Origin: Mobula birostris
Taxonomy: Eukaryota
Assembly: GCF_030028105.1 (NCBI RefSeq)
Contig: NC_092379.1
Coordinates: forward strand, 20,933,309 to 20,997,308
Length of the DNA: 64,000 nucleotides
Reading direction: 5' to 3'
Both the position numbers and the translations under genes were made by a program. The notes under the pieces are model-generated. The model ran no database searches. It was not told where the DNA came from and saw only the letters and a program-made list of their open reading frames with translations. Shown here one piece after another: positions 11,510 through 23,107 of the stretch (within the stretch, counting starts at the first letter, position 1; each line of letters opens with the position of its first letter).

Positions 11510-11827
11510 CTTGAAAGTTCTTCACTTGTTTCTTGATACTGCTGTTGGAGGGGGGATGAATCACTGTACAACTGAAGACTGATTCTGTCTTCCACTCCTG
11601 TAAACTCACGGTCAGGAAGTGTCTGGCACTGAAAGTCCACCCCTGCTCCAGAGCGGTCGGTGTCGCGCTGGTGTTGGAGGTGATCATGGTGCTGCCTTTC
11701 TTCCAAATGACATTTATTTGGTCCGGGTAGAATCCAGAGACCACACACTCCAGTGTGGCCGTTTTCCAATTCTTGGTCTCTTCCTGAGCTGGAGGCAGCA
11801 GTCTGACCTTGGGACTTCTTATCTCGA
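11510..11827 (-). CDS. IgW: IgW CH4 exon: VEIRSPKVRLLPPAQEETKNWKTATLECVVSGFYPDQINVIWKK...EWKTESVFSCTVIHPPSNSSIKKQVKNFQ
   Basis: 318 nt, acceptor ttttctattccag|, donor G|gtaggg, separated from CH3 by an 88-nt intron. Confidence 0.94.
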
Positions 11828-11915
11828 CTGGAATAGAAAAGAAAACAAAAGAAATGTCAAACATTTTGACTCAGGTAACTAATGCTGGCCATTTAATCGC
11901 TGGTCTCTTGCCCAC

Positions 11916-12218
11916 CTTTGGTACTATTGGTCCGTGCTGACACTCGGGAAGATGAAGGAGATTCCTGAGCAGAGCACTCGTACTCCACCCCACTGAACCA
12001 CTCCTCCACACTGATCTGGAGTTCGCTGAGCACTCTGTATCGGGACCCGTCCCTCTCCGCTTGATGGGTGTGAATTCCTTTAGTTTTCTCCTTCCCGCCC
12101 ACGTGCCAAGAGATGTGGATGTCTTCGGGATCTGTACAGATAACCGTGCACTTCACGGTAGCAGACTTGTCGATCCACATCTCTTCAATGTCGGGATTTT
12201 GAATAAAGAGAGACAATT
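11916..12218 (-). CDS. IgW: IgW CH3 exon: ELSLFIQNPDIEEMWIDKSATVKCTVICTDPEDIHISWHVGG...VEEWFSGVEYECSAQESPSSSRVSARTNSTK
   Basis: 303 nt, acceptor cccacag|, donor G|gtgggc, C1-set motifs (ORF 11893..12216). Confidence 0.93.
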
Positions 12219-12839
12219 CTGTGGGTTAGAAATGGAAATGCTCAGAATCTTACTGGAGATATTTCCATTGGTTGTGTTAGGTCCAGGCAGATCATCAGTA
12301 CTTGACAGTTGCATTTAATGCAAACAGAATAACAGGAACACCCAGGGCTGAGTCACGTGCCTCATATTCCTATAAGTTTGATTGAGAAAAGAAATTCAGA
12401 ACAAAGGATGTGCTAACGAGGTTTCGAGTCCCTTTCTAATAACTGTACCAATCGGTTCACTGTGAGACGGAGCTCTGTGAGACAGAGAAGCATGCAGATT
12501 TCTCAGCAGAGACACAGCTCAGTATATTCTTTGCTTGGAGACTCAGTGCCATTGATTAGTAACAATGAGCACTGTGAATCAATGAGAATCCCTTTCTCCA
12601 TCTGGGCTGAGCCTGGGATTCACTCAGTTTAATAACTTCACATCCCGACATTTCAGTCTCACTGTGGCTGTGCCTCTCCTCATCTCTGCACCCTTCACCA
12701 CCCACACAAACTTCAGACAACATTGTATTCTTTCAACTCTGCTCACTCATACACCTGCACTACTTCTGCTGGTGCCTGTGGTTTTAGCATTCTTGCTGAC
12801 AAACACTGAAGTCTCTCTCTCAGTTGAAATGAGCAGCCG

Positions 12840-13080
12840 TGGTCAGAGTGTATCCATAAGTTAGGGACTGAAGAACTGGCAAAATGGGTTCAAATCCCAA
12901 CCTGGTGGATGGGAGTTTAAATTCAATTCATCAATGCTTTTTGGAGTGAAAAGAAGACTACGGAGGTATTTGTAGTGTTATTCCCTGTGGTAACTTCCAG
13001 AGAGAAGTCTCGTCTGGTCTGGCCGGTTTGTGACTCCAGACCTGCAGCAACACGGCTGGAGCTGAATCACCATCAGGAAT
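12840..13080 (+). mobile_element. tRNA-derived SINE fragment
   Basis: Box-B-like ggttcaaatccc followed by tttaaattcaatt...ctggtctggcc...gtgactccagacc. A reverse-oriented relative lies near 21000-21150. Confidence 0.55.
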
Positions 13081-14249
13081 GAGGCAGCAAGTCCCTCAGT
13101 TCCAGAGAGATCAGTGATTGATGGGAAATGATAAATGAATAAAACAGCTCTTTGATCAAGTGTTGGGTCACCTGTCCTCTGGGTTAGTGTCAGTTTTGTG
13201 TGATTGCGGTCAAGTGAAGTTGTTGAGGTCGTCTCCCAATGCACGATCGTCAGTTCATTACATTGCAGCTCCCTGCACTTTGTGTTCACCATTTACACAC
13301 TCGGTCACCTTCAGGCACGTGGGGTGTTTTTGCTCTTTGACATTTAGTGTGGAGGCTGATTGTGTTTGTGTCATGGTTGAGACCATCAATGAGACTGTGA
13401 GTCAGTGTCTTTGTCTGAAGAAAGAGCAAATGTAACACACACAGTTCCAGTCTAACTGGGCCGGATCATCCAATAAGGTATGATGTGTATTTCTTAACCT
13501 TTCTCATTTCAGTATGATTATGAGCAAATTTCTTTTAAAACAGAATGTCCGTGGGTGTGGTGTAGATGATCACTGTTGTCATGTAATATCACAGACATGC
13601 AACCTTGGTGTACACTGAAGGGTCACCGAATTCTGAATCTTAGTTTAATCAGCACTGTGATGCTGTTAAACGTTTTCTGTAGGTTTCTCAGTTATGTTCC
13701 ATATCAGCACGGTCTTGATGTTCAGCAGTCCCTGAGAAATGCGGTCCCCTCATAAAACCTGACAGAGTCAGGATCGCTCCCCTTATTGCTGAATGCTGGT
13801 GTTATTCCACAAGAAGCATATAATTCTGTCAATGCTTGGGTAATTCTAACAAAACATTCTCCTTTCTGACATTCCTTGGGATCACTGAGTTTCCCTCTTG
13901 GATTGAATTCAGCATCTGGCACGTGGATCAATGTAACTTTATCAATTTGCCTGATCCAGGATTTACACACAAAGCTCGTCAGATTAGACAGGAGACTGGT
14001 TAGACCCCTGTGTCTTGTCTCACCAATTTGCCTTCTGCCCAACATTATCAAAGGGTCATCCATCCTTTCACGGAGTCAATTTGGAATTTCAGCCCCATTC
14101 ACCTTCATCACCTCGTGCCTCACAGCCACTGGGTGAAAAACAGGTTCCAGTTCTTGTTGACTGGAGTCAGAGAGGAGGGAATCTGGCCAAGGAAACTGGA
14201 ATTGGGATCTGAGTCACACTGAAGCAACAATGTACACAAATGAATGAGT

Positions 14250-14960
14250 GTATGGACAACCAGAAACACAAGAGATTCTACAGATGCTGGAAATCTTGAA
14301 CAACACACACAAAATGCTGGAGGAACACGGCAAGTCAGGCAGCATCTGTGGAGGGGAATAAACAGTCGATCTTTCGGGCCAAGTGGCTTCACCAGTACTG
14401 GAAAGAAAGTGGGCAGAGGCCAGAATCAGAAGGTGGGTGGAGTAGTGAGGAATACATTCTGTCAGATGAGAGGTGAGACCAGGTGAGGGGGAAATTGTGT
14501 GGATGGGGGAGGGTTATGAAATTAGAAGCTGGTAAGGGATAAGTGGAAGAGATAAATGGCTGAAGCAGAAGGAGTCTGACAGGACAGTGGACCATGGAGG
14601 AAAGTGCAGGAGGAGGGGAAACAAATGGAGATGATGGGCAGGTGAGGAGAAGTGAAGGGATGAGGGTGTGTCTAGTATGGGGAATCGAACAAAAGGGAGA
14701 ATAAAGGAGTGGGGGGATTACTGGAAGTTAATAATTAAGTATTCATGTCATCAGGTTGGCAGATATCTGGGTGGAATATGAGGCATTGCTACTCCAACCT
14801 GACTTTAGCCTCACCATGGGAGTCGAAGAGGTCATGGACAGACATGCGAGAGTGGGAATGGGAATTTCAACTGAAACAGGTGGCACGAGGATAATAGAAA
14901 GTTGAATTGAAATGTGATTGAAGAGGTCGTCAGTTTGAATCTCTCGTTTTCTTCTCTCCT
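14250..14960 (-). mobile_element. Degenerate Penelope-like element remnant
   Basis: Terminal motif caaaatgctggaggaac...caggcagcatc...gtcga and GIY-YIG-region similarity to 25768-27190. Confidence 0.7.
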
Positions 14961-15056
14961 GTTAAACTTCCATCCCAATAGATAATAGAGGCATGTCTGG
15001 AATCCAGTGCATGGATTATAATAAAATTCAATGATGAATTGTATACAGCCAATCAT

Positions 15057-15062
15057 TTTATT
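15057..15062 (-). terminator. Candidate poly(A) signal for the short secretory form
   Basis: AATAAA on the minus strand about 360 nt after the tail-exon stop. Confidence 0.5.
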
Positions 15063-15424
15063 TCACACTTTCCTGCTGAACAATGATACTGTTGGGTCGA
15101 ACCATCGGAGAATGTTGCATTGAGATTACTCTGGTAAAAGAACTTTGGCACAGGCTCCGAAAAACAGCTGGGACATTTTCCACCTGGAAACGGAAGATTC
15201 ATAGATTTAAGTGTTAGATATTTTCACCTCTTTTCCCATGCTTGGAAAAAAGTGAGCCCTACATATTCCCACTCCCTATCCTCTGTATATCACATCCTAT
15301 GGGACCGAGGTTATGTCAGCCATGATAAATGCATGTGCTCTCTGAACGTAGTCAAGGATCTGAGGACACAAGTTCACAACATTCACTCAAGGATTGGGCA
15401 TCAATTCAAAAATAATCCAGGCAC

Positions 15425-15492
15425 CTACAGTTCAGTAATTGGACAATCGACAGAACAGTCTCTCAGGAAACACTGGAAACAGACTCTGGGGA
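15425..15492 (-). CDS. IgW: Putative Cys-rich secretory tail exon of the short (2-CH) IgW form: (V)PRVCFQCFLRDCSVDCPITEL*
   Basis: Acceptor ttttgtatttgcttcag|, phase-1 compatible with CH2, 22 codons with 4 Cys, then TAG; AATAAA at 15057-15062. Short IgW/IgX forms are known to end in a Cys-rich tail after CH2. Confidence 0.72.
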
Positions 15493-15864
15493 CTGAAGCA
15501 AATACAAAATTGCAGAGACATTTTTTGAGGAACTAACACTGAGAAGACAGTGAAAAGGGAACAGGGAGATCTTCTCCAGATGGTAAAGCATGGGATGTGA
15601 GCTTTGCTCACTAACTTATTTTCATTATAACTACAAACAGAGACAACTAAAATTATTGAGACAGAATGGTCAGGTGACCTAATTTTACACCTTTCCGGCC
15701 CAGTTTTTGTGGTTAAAGCTGCTGGTGATATGAGTTGATTCAAAGAGCAAAGATCAACTGTACATCACTCAACAAGATTGACAATAGGGACAGGAATTTG
15801 TGGGAGTATCAGTTAAGTAGTTTAGTACTGTAAGATAATAATTTTTTCTTCAGACATCACTCAC

Positions 15865-16164
15865 CCTCTTGATACGTCATGTTGACCTGACCACTGAAAC
15901 CGGAAGCTGCGTGATTCACTTCACAAGTATATTTCTGTTTCTTCGTCCATTCCTGAACAGGCACTGTCAGGTAAGAGATTGTTTCAAATCCACCATCAGA
16001 TCTCGGAGTGGAAGGGAGAACGATGCCTTCTTGGGCAGATCCAGCTTTTTTCCAGGATACTTTAACATTGTCAGGAGAGAATCCAGATATCACACAGCCC
16101 AGGACAGCATTTGCTTGACTGTGGATTGCCTCCCGGGATGGAACAAGGGAGCTGAGCTTTGGAG
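15865..16164 (-). CDS. IgW: IgW CH2 exon: PPKLSSLVPSREAIHSQANAVLGCVISGFSPDNVKVSWKK...YTCEVNHAASGFSGQVNMTYQE
   Basis: 300 nt, acceptor gttacag|, donor G|gtgagt, C1-set motifs (ORF 15857..16093). Confidence 0.94.
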
Positions 16165-17040
16165 CTGTAACACATTTAATATCTGTCAGTACATGATTGC
16201 TTTGCCCATGTTTTGGACTTCATTCCCCCTCAACCCGGGCAAGTTCCCCAGTTCCAGCCCTCTCAAGAATGTCGTTAATTTACAGCTGATCTGATGATCT
16301 GATGGCTCACACCAGTGAGTGGGAGGGCTGGGTGTATAACTTGGGCCTCCCAGCAGTGTGTCCCACTGTGCTTTGATAATGCAGAGAGGTGGGTCATGGG
16401 GCTGAGGTGCAGACCTGCCATGATCTAATTGTTGAATGCAGAATGACTGATAACAGCTCCTGTGAGACATGGTGTGGGACTGTTTCCACTGGCAAGTTTG
16501 GGAAACGCAATTTTAGGTTCAATGGGAAAGAAGAACAGATGGACAGGAGGAAATTGTTTTATTGTAACTGCAAAGGCTTGTTCAGATCTGTGAGAAGATG
16601 GTTTAAGAAGGGCAGTGGAGTGGATTCCTTCATCACATTCACAAGAGATTGCTTTTACCAGAAGAGGGGGAAGCTGCAGGGTTGGCGGGAGGAAGTGCAG
16701 GAGGAGTGGGGTAAAGTTTAAATTGTTGTTCTGTGTGCAGGGGCATGATGGGCCAGCGGTCTCTGTATGTGTACAGGAGCAGATCTGTAGGGAGAGTTTA
16801 GTGGGAGGGGGTGGTGGAGAGGCTCCTGAAATTAGACAATGGAATGGATATAATGGAGGCAGATCCTGATACTGAGTTTCACTGCCCATATTGACTGTTA
16901 TACATTTTCTCACTGCTGTTGTAAGAGCAGAATAAAGGAGTTAGTTGCCATGCTCCTGCATTATCTGACAAAGCTTCCTACTCCAGATTTATGCTCTGAC
17001 ATCAGTGCAGCTTTAAATATAAATTATTTCTGATACTAAC

Positions 17041-17352
17041 GTTGAGGTTGACGTTTCTGCCACTCTGCTGTCACAATCTCATTTGGCTTGTACCCTGCCT
17101 TGCAGGAGTAGACTTTATTCTTCCAGTCCACCGCAGAGACTTCAAGCATGCTACTCATTGTGTACTTTGAATTTTGCCCCAACACCGCTGGGTATTTCTT
17201 GATTCCAGTGGTGATGTCCCCACTGTTAGTGGACCATGTCTGACTGATGCTCTCAGGCTGATAGTCCTTGACCAGGCAGAGGAGCCTGATGCCTTGGTCA
17301 GATTCTGTGTTGCAGGAAGAAGTGATGTAGACTGATGGTGCAGACTTGACCT
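17041..17352 (-). CDS. IgW: IgW CH1 exon: EVKSAPSVYITSSCNTESDQGIRLLCLVKDYQPESISQTWSTNSGDITTGIKKYPAVLGQNSKYTMSSMLEVSAVDWKNKVYSCKAGYKPNEIVTAEWQKRQPQ
   Basis: 312 nt, acceptor tttcag|, donor C|gttagt, C1-set Cys/Trp/Cys pattern plus an N-terminal Cys in the usual light-chain-binding position. In frame with JH. Not shown as an ORF in the track because it lacks its own start. Confidence 0.93.
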
Positions 17353-18769
17353 CTGAAATGCAAAGAAATTCACAGATGGTTCTCTAAATATATGCACTAT
17401 CAGCAAAGAAAGGAGACGTTATATAAAACAGTAATTCTCAAAATTATTCACCCCATTAAATAAAGCCGATATCACTTTAACACTCAGCTGTGAGTCTGTG
17501 TTGCTGAGGTAGGAGGGTGTGGATCAATCCCACAGTGGCAACTTGGACTCACAATCCAGGCCAACACTTCAGTGCAGGACTGAGGCAGTGACCCAATGTC
17601 CAATGGGTCAGATTTCAGTCAAAATACCAAAGTGACAATCTGTCTCTCCTCCAAATACAATTCCTGATTCTGAGAAGGCTGTTAGCACCTGATCAACAGA
17701 GTTTACAAAAAAAAAGTAAGATTTAGAAATAACTTATTTGAATAATTCTGATGTGTTCAGTGTTGCTGGTGATGAGAGGAGTGATCGGTGTGGATATTGT
17801 GGTACCCAGTCTCCAGCACCATGTGTGCAATATAGTGGAGGTTGGGAAATGGACTCTGCTTCTGAAATTCAACTCAACAGACTACATGATGCAGCTGACA
17901 CTGCCTCACATATTTACCATGTGTGACAGAGCAAGAATTCCAACCCCACTGAGTCTGTGGAAACTACTGGCTAACCGGGAGGGAATGGTAACGTGCATCA
18001 GAAAGGACAGAGGAACTGTGGAAATACATTAGCCCAGACTCTGTGGAGAAGTGTCGGCCAACACAACCGACAGTGATGATGAGATTCCTGGGCAGATGGA
18101 GAAATCTCAAAATGTCATTAGATGGAGGTAATATTCTCAGTGAAAAACCAGCCCAGAGAGTCCAGTGAGGAAATGCAGGTTGTGGCAATTCCCAACCACT
18201 TAAGGTGCAAAATACACTTGAAAGCTGGGTTTGAAGTAGAATGAATATAAATCAATAAATATAACAAGTAAAAATGAATCGATAATGTAACTGGTCAATA
18301 ATGACAGCTGCATTGGTTTGAACCATTTCCAGGTGACACTGGGGACTGTGAACTCAGAATATTTGCCTTCCTGAGCAAACACAGGTGATTCAGGTTGACA
18401 GGACAGGCAGAGCAGAGAAATGGTCCCTTTCTCATTCCTTTCACACTGAGCCTGAAACAACCAGTGAAATGCTGACGTCAGGCTCCCCATCGGGAACACA
18501 ACTTCTGTGAAACTGCGGGACAAGCTGACCTGTGCTGTGGGTGAAGTGTCACAGGGCAGAAAGCACAGGGCACGATGCCAACTGGACCATGTCCACACAG
18601 ACCGGGCTGAATGGTGCTGGTTTGAACCTGTGGGACTCTCCCCACACTCCTCCACAGGGAAATGTGGGACACCCCCTGGGGCTTGTGGTGAGGTGTATTG
18701 GGGCCTCAGCATTAAGTAGCCTCAAGCAGCTCCCTGCTGGGACTCTGGGTCCAGAACACCCTGACACTT

Positions 18770-19030
18770 GGCGCTTGGAAGTAGGTACAGATGAGATGCC
18801 AGGGGTAATTTTTTTTTATACAGAGAGTGGTGATTGCATGGAATGGGCTGCCAGCGATGGTAGTGGAGGTGGATATGATAGGGTCTTTTAAGAGACTCCT
18901 GGATAGGTACATGGAGCTTAGAAAAATGAGGGCTATGGCTGACCCCAGGTAATTTCTAAAGTAAGTACATGTTCGGCACAGCATTGTGGGCTGAATGGCT
19001 TGAATTGTGCTGTAGGTTTTCTATCTTTCT
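18770..19030 (+). mobile_element. CR1 LINE 3' end in the J-CH1 intron
   Basis: tttttatacagagagtggtgattgcatggaatgggctgcc...ggcacagcattgtgggctgaatggc...tgtgctgtaggttttctat; same subfamily near 38405-38700 and 40725-40850. Confidence 0.8.
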
Positions 19031-20237
19031 GTGCTTGGTAATTGTGGGGAGGGGATTGTCTTGTGTCAATGCTGTCATGTAATTTAACAGGTTTGAAATG
19101 TCTGGGAAACATTAAAGTTGATGTAAATTCCTGTGGCAACAATTAATTTAGCATATTTTGCTCAAGATAATAAATCTGAAATGCATTAAAATATAATAAT
19201 CTGCCAGAAATCATTCCTGACTAAATCCCTTCGCAAGGCTCAGAATCCCCAGTCAGATGAATGGGAAATGTGATCCTTTGCCAGGTCCGGCCTGTGAGGG
19301 AAATGTGGAGGTGGATTTCCCTGTGTTACCCTGGGAATTCCAGTAGCACCCGGTGTCATGTGGTGGAGTGTGGTAACAGCTCTGGAGGCATCTGTCACTC
19401 AGTAAATCCTGAGGTACAGTGGTCTGTGGAACTGTGAGACTGACTCCAGTGTACGTGGCTGAACACTGGTGTTTCCCTTTGGAATTGCCAGCCACAGCCA
19501 GCACCATTTCACCCACACTATCCTCAGCCTCCCAGGTACGCAGCAGCTCAGGAATGGGCTGGTCAGCTGTGGTCTGAGGAACCTCACTGCTCTTTATTAA
19601 TGTCAACCCTGAATACAGGGGAATCACTGGACCAAAGACCTGAGATCATTTGGACGACCTACAAATAAATAGTGTCTGTCTACTCCTCTACTGCACTATC
19701 AGAATTCAGGTGAGGAGTTCTCACTATTGGGGAGCTTTAGGAATTGTAGGCTAAAAGTGACCATTCCCTTCCAACATCACCCAAACAGACTAGATTGTCA
19801 TGTTGTAGTTCAGTTTGTGGGAACAAGGTGCAGACAAGTTGGATGTTTAGTCCCCCATATGAAGTGACACACTGCAGAAGTACTTGCTGGGTTGGAAAAG
19901 GCTCTGGGAAGTTCTGGGGTTGGAGAAGTCAATGAAAAACACTTGTTTTTATCAAAATAAATTCAGTAAAATAAAACCTGAAACAGTGTAGTTGCCAGAA
20001 ATCAGACTGACAGAGTCTGGTGAAAGGTCACTGATGTGAAACATTAACTCTGCTTCTCACCCACAGATGTTCCCTGAGCTGCTCAGTGTTGGCAGTGCAG
20101 GAGGCACAATAATGTCAGTCGGTGAGAGTTGCAGCTGAGGATCTTTTACATCCCAGGACCAGCAGGTGGTAAGTACAGTTCTGTCTGGATCAGTGTACCT
20201 CTGGGTCTTTATAAAAACACCCATCAAACTGACAGCA

Positions 20238-20741
20238 GGGTGCTGGGGTGAAGAGGAGAACTGGATCTGGGCGGGTCACAGGGTGCTGGGGTGAAGAGGG
20301 GAACTGGATCTGGGTGGGTCACAGGGTGCTGGGGTGAAGAGGGGAACTGGATCTGGGTGTGTCACAGGATGCTGGGGTGAAGAGGGAACTGCAGCTGGGT
20401 GGGTCACAGGGTGCTGGGGTGAAGAGGGGAACTGGATCTGGGTGGGTCACAGGGTGCTGGGGTGAAGAGGGAACTGGAGCTGGGTGGGTCACAGGGTGCT
20501 GGGGTGAAGAGGGGAACTGGATCTGGTGGGTCACAGGGTGCTGGGGTGAAGAGAGGAACTGGATCTGGGTGGGTCACAGGGTGCTGAGGTGAAGAGGGGA
20601 ACTGGAGCTGGGTGGATCACAGGGTGCTGGGGTGAAGAGGGGAACTGGAACTGGGTGGGTCACAGGGTGCTGGGGTGAAGAGGGGAACTGGATCTGGGTG
20701 GGTCACAGGGTGCTGGGGTTAGGAGGGGAACTGAGTCTGGT
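20238..20741 (+). repeat. G-rich 42-43-bp tandem array (about 12 units) in the J-CH1 intron
   Basis: Unit GGGTGCTGGGGTGAAGAGGGGAACTGGATCTGGGTGGGTCACA starts at 20238, 20281, 20324, 20367, 20409, 20452, 20494, 20536, 20579, 20622, 20665 and 20708. Confidence 0.97.
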
Positions 20742-21189
20742 TAGATCAGCTCAGAAGAAATTTACAATGAAATGACACTTGAGTATTTGTACAAAATGAT
20801 GGATGTTGAATCAGTAGAACGGAGGCTGTCTGATTTTAGTCTGTGTTGCAGTAAGTGGATAGAATATCGGATAGTAGGAACAACAGATGGGCAATTTTAT
20901 TTGTTCATCGTTTGGGACCTGGGCTTTGCCGGTAAAGTCTGAATGAATTACACATCTGAGCTGCCAGCCAGAGGGTATTTGAAGACAAACACATTGATGG
21001 GTCAGGAGTCCTTCCCTGAGGGACATCAGTTATACTGAAGGGTCATCATTACTAATGACTAGATTTGAAAACAAGACCAATTATTAAGCTGTTGGAAATC
21101 TGACCACAGATCCAAATTTGTTGCAGATTATTATGAACTGAGTTTAAATTTGTCAGTTTTGTTGTGGTGGTATCCGTGCACTGTTCATC

Positions 21190-21488
21190 CATCCCTCTGC
21201 ACTACTCATCTGCTTTGATGTACTGCCCTGTTTCCCATCACTCCGAATCCAACCTTGTGCCTGTCCATTGGATCACTGTGTCCACGGTGTCCTGGACAAT
21301 ATTTCTCCTTCAATAACATCACCAGAACAGACCTCTGATCGTTCTCACCTTGCAGTTTGTGGAATCTGCTGTATGCAGAGTGGCTCCACATTCCCGACTC
21401 TACAACAGGGCTGTACTTTGAAACTACTTCATCGCCTGTGAAGAGCTCGGGGACACCATGAAAGGTGCTCTGTAAATGTCAGCACTTT
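21190..21488 (+). mobile_element. DeuSINE (SacSINE1-like) fragment; further fragments near 17490-17690 and 19765-19930
   Basis: Deu-domain and tail motifs gtttgtggaatctgctgt...tactttgaaactacttcat...atgaaaggtgctctgtaaatg. Confidence 0.55.
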
Positions 21489-22360
21489 ATCTCACAACCA
21501 CTTTTACTGAATCACCAGCAACACTGGTTAATGTAGGAAAGCACTTGTTAAACAAACCCAGTCGGGGGATGGAGGAGGGCAAGAAATTAGAGCAATTGCT
21601 CTGTCTGTGAACTGAGAATAAGCAGTTCATTTGAACAGTAAAATTCAACTCGTGTCCCGTGAGTGTGTGATGGGACAAGTTGGGGAAAGCTTCACTCTGT
21701 GTCTAACCTCTGCTGCCCCTGCCCTGGGAGGGATGGGACAGTGCAGAAGGATTTTTGTATCTAATCCGTGGCTGCCAGCACAGGACATGGGATCTGTAAT
21801 CTGTATTTAACTCATGCTCTGTGTACTCTGGGGTGCTTGTTGGAATCCCTTTGAGGAAGAATTTCCCAGATTTACAAGATAAATACTGATTCCATTGAAT
21901 GACAGAGCAGAGAGTGAGGCCATTCATCCGATAGTGTCTGTGCTTCCCTTTCGCTGAGCAAACCCAATAAACCCATTGGTCTCTCTGCTCTTCCCTGTAT
22001 CCCGACAAAAGGCGGATCTCCTCCTGTTCCCTCTCTACACTCACTATTGGCCACCACCATCATTCAGGCAGTGTGTTCCAGATCACAAACGTTCATCAAC
22101 AAACCTTCCCTTAAATACTCGCCTATTACACATTATTGACTTGAACTCTTCCCTCCCCACCCCACCTGCACCACTCCCCACTCCCCCACCCACCAATGCA
22201 AGGCTGCCCGGAATGTGTGAAGGAATTGTGATTTCAGTTCCCCGCCTTGCCTTTCCTGCATCACTTCCCCACTGCCTTCCCAACTCCAAAATTCTTCTCC
22301 GCCGTACCCCACCTCCTCACCCATCAGGGAATAAAATTAAAGCCTTAATCAATCCTGGGA

Positions 22361-22458
22361 TATAGAATAGTACAGCACAGTACAGGCCGTTCGGCCCACA
22401 TTGTTTTGCCGACCCTCAAGCCCTGCCTCCCATATAACCCCCCACCTTAAATTCCTCT
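22361..22458 (-). mobile_element. Short CR1 3' end about 600 bp downstream of JH
   Basis: Reverse complement closely matches the 1820-1925 tail (gaggaatttaaggtgg...gggccgaacggcctgtactgtgctgtact). Confidence 0.85.
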
Positions 22459-23059
22459 TAAATATGGCCGATACTTTTGGGGTATCCCGGTACGGACCAC
22501 ACGCCGGACAAAACATGATGGGACTGACACCCACCTGTACCCTGGGGATATTGAGCCATCAACCAGATCATACATGTGTACACCATTCCCTCAGGTTATG
22601 TCTTAATCCCATTACCTTCAACATGAAAGCAGCCGACGGTAAAACCCGATCCCAATAACTTGACACTGAACAGATCCATTTTTGTCACTGACAGGGAACA
22701 AATTCAACTGCACTGAAACGCTCAGCCCCTGAACGTGGCTTCAGTTGGTGCTGAGGATCAGAAGCCAGACTTGAACCAAACACTGAGCTCACTCAGCACA
22801 ATCGGCCGGTGTCCAGGCACAGTCAAGTGACAAGATCCGATCCCATTCCCCTGAGCCTGTTCCCGGTCTGTGGACAGGTCACTGGTGGGTGGGGTATGTA
22901 CCCTTGTACTGTTACTGGGCTCTAGAGAACTCCGCCGCTTCGGGGAGATTCATGTACTTGCTCTAAATATTTCACTGTCAGGTGAATCACCGGATTCGCC
23001 AAAACCGTAAATAAATAAAATACTGGTGCGTGAAGATACAATTGAGAAGTTGATCTTAC

Positions 23060-23107
23060 CTGAAGTCACTGTCAGCGAGGTTCCTCCGCCCCAGTAGTCA
23101 AGGTTCT
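23060..23107 (-). CDS. IGHJ: JH segment, NLDYWGGGTSLTVTS
   Basis: WGXG motif, LTVTS end, donor G|gtaag, heptamer at the 5' end. Confidence 0.96.

Noticed and set aside
15432-15743. 103-aa hydrophobic ORF as the IgW transmembrane exon
   Set aside because: Lacks the conserved Ig TM motif and short basic cytoplasmic tail. The better-supported exon here is the Cys-rich tail in another frame.
18200-18891. Overlapping Cys/Trp-containing ORFs on both strands
   Set aside because: No recognisable domain; the longest run into a CR1 tail or low-complexity sequence.
19253-19627. 124-aa minus-strand ORF in the J-C intron as an extra Ig domain
   Set aside because: No correctly spaced Cys-Trp-Cys pattern and no convincing phase-1 splice pair.
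20238-20741. CRISPR array
   Set aside because: Eukaryotic context, contiguous units with no unique spacers, and no cas genes.
21274-21289. CACTGTG-tc-CACGGTG heptamer pair as an extra D or signal joint
   Set aside because: No adequate nonamer at 12 or 23 nt, only 2 nt between the heptamers, it lies 3' of J, and it sits in SINE-derived sequence.
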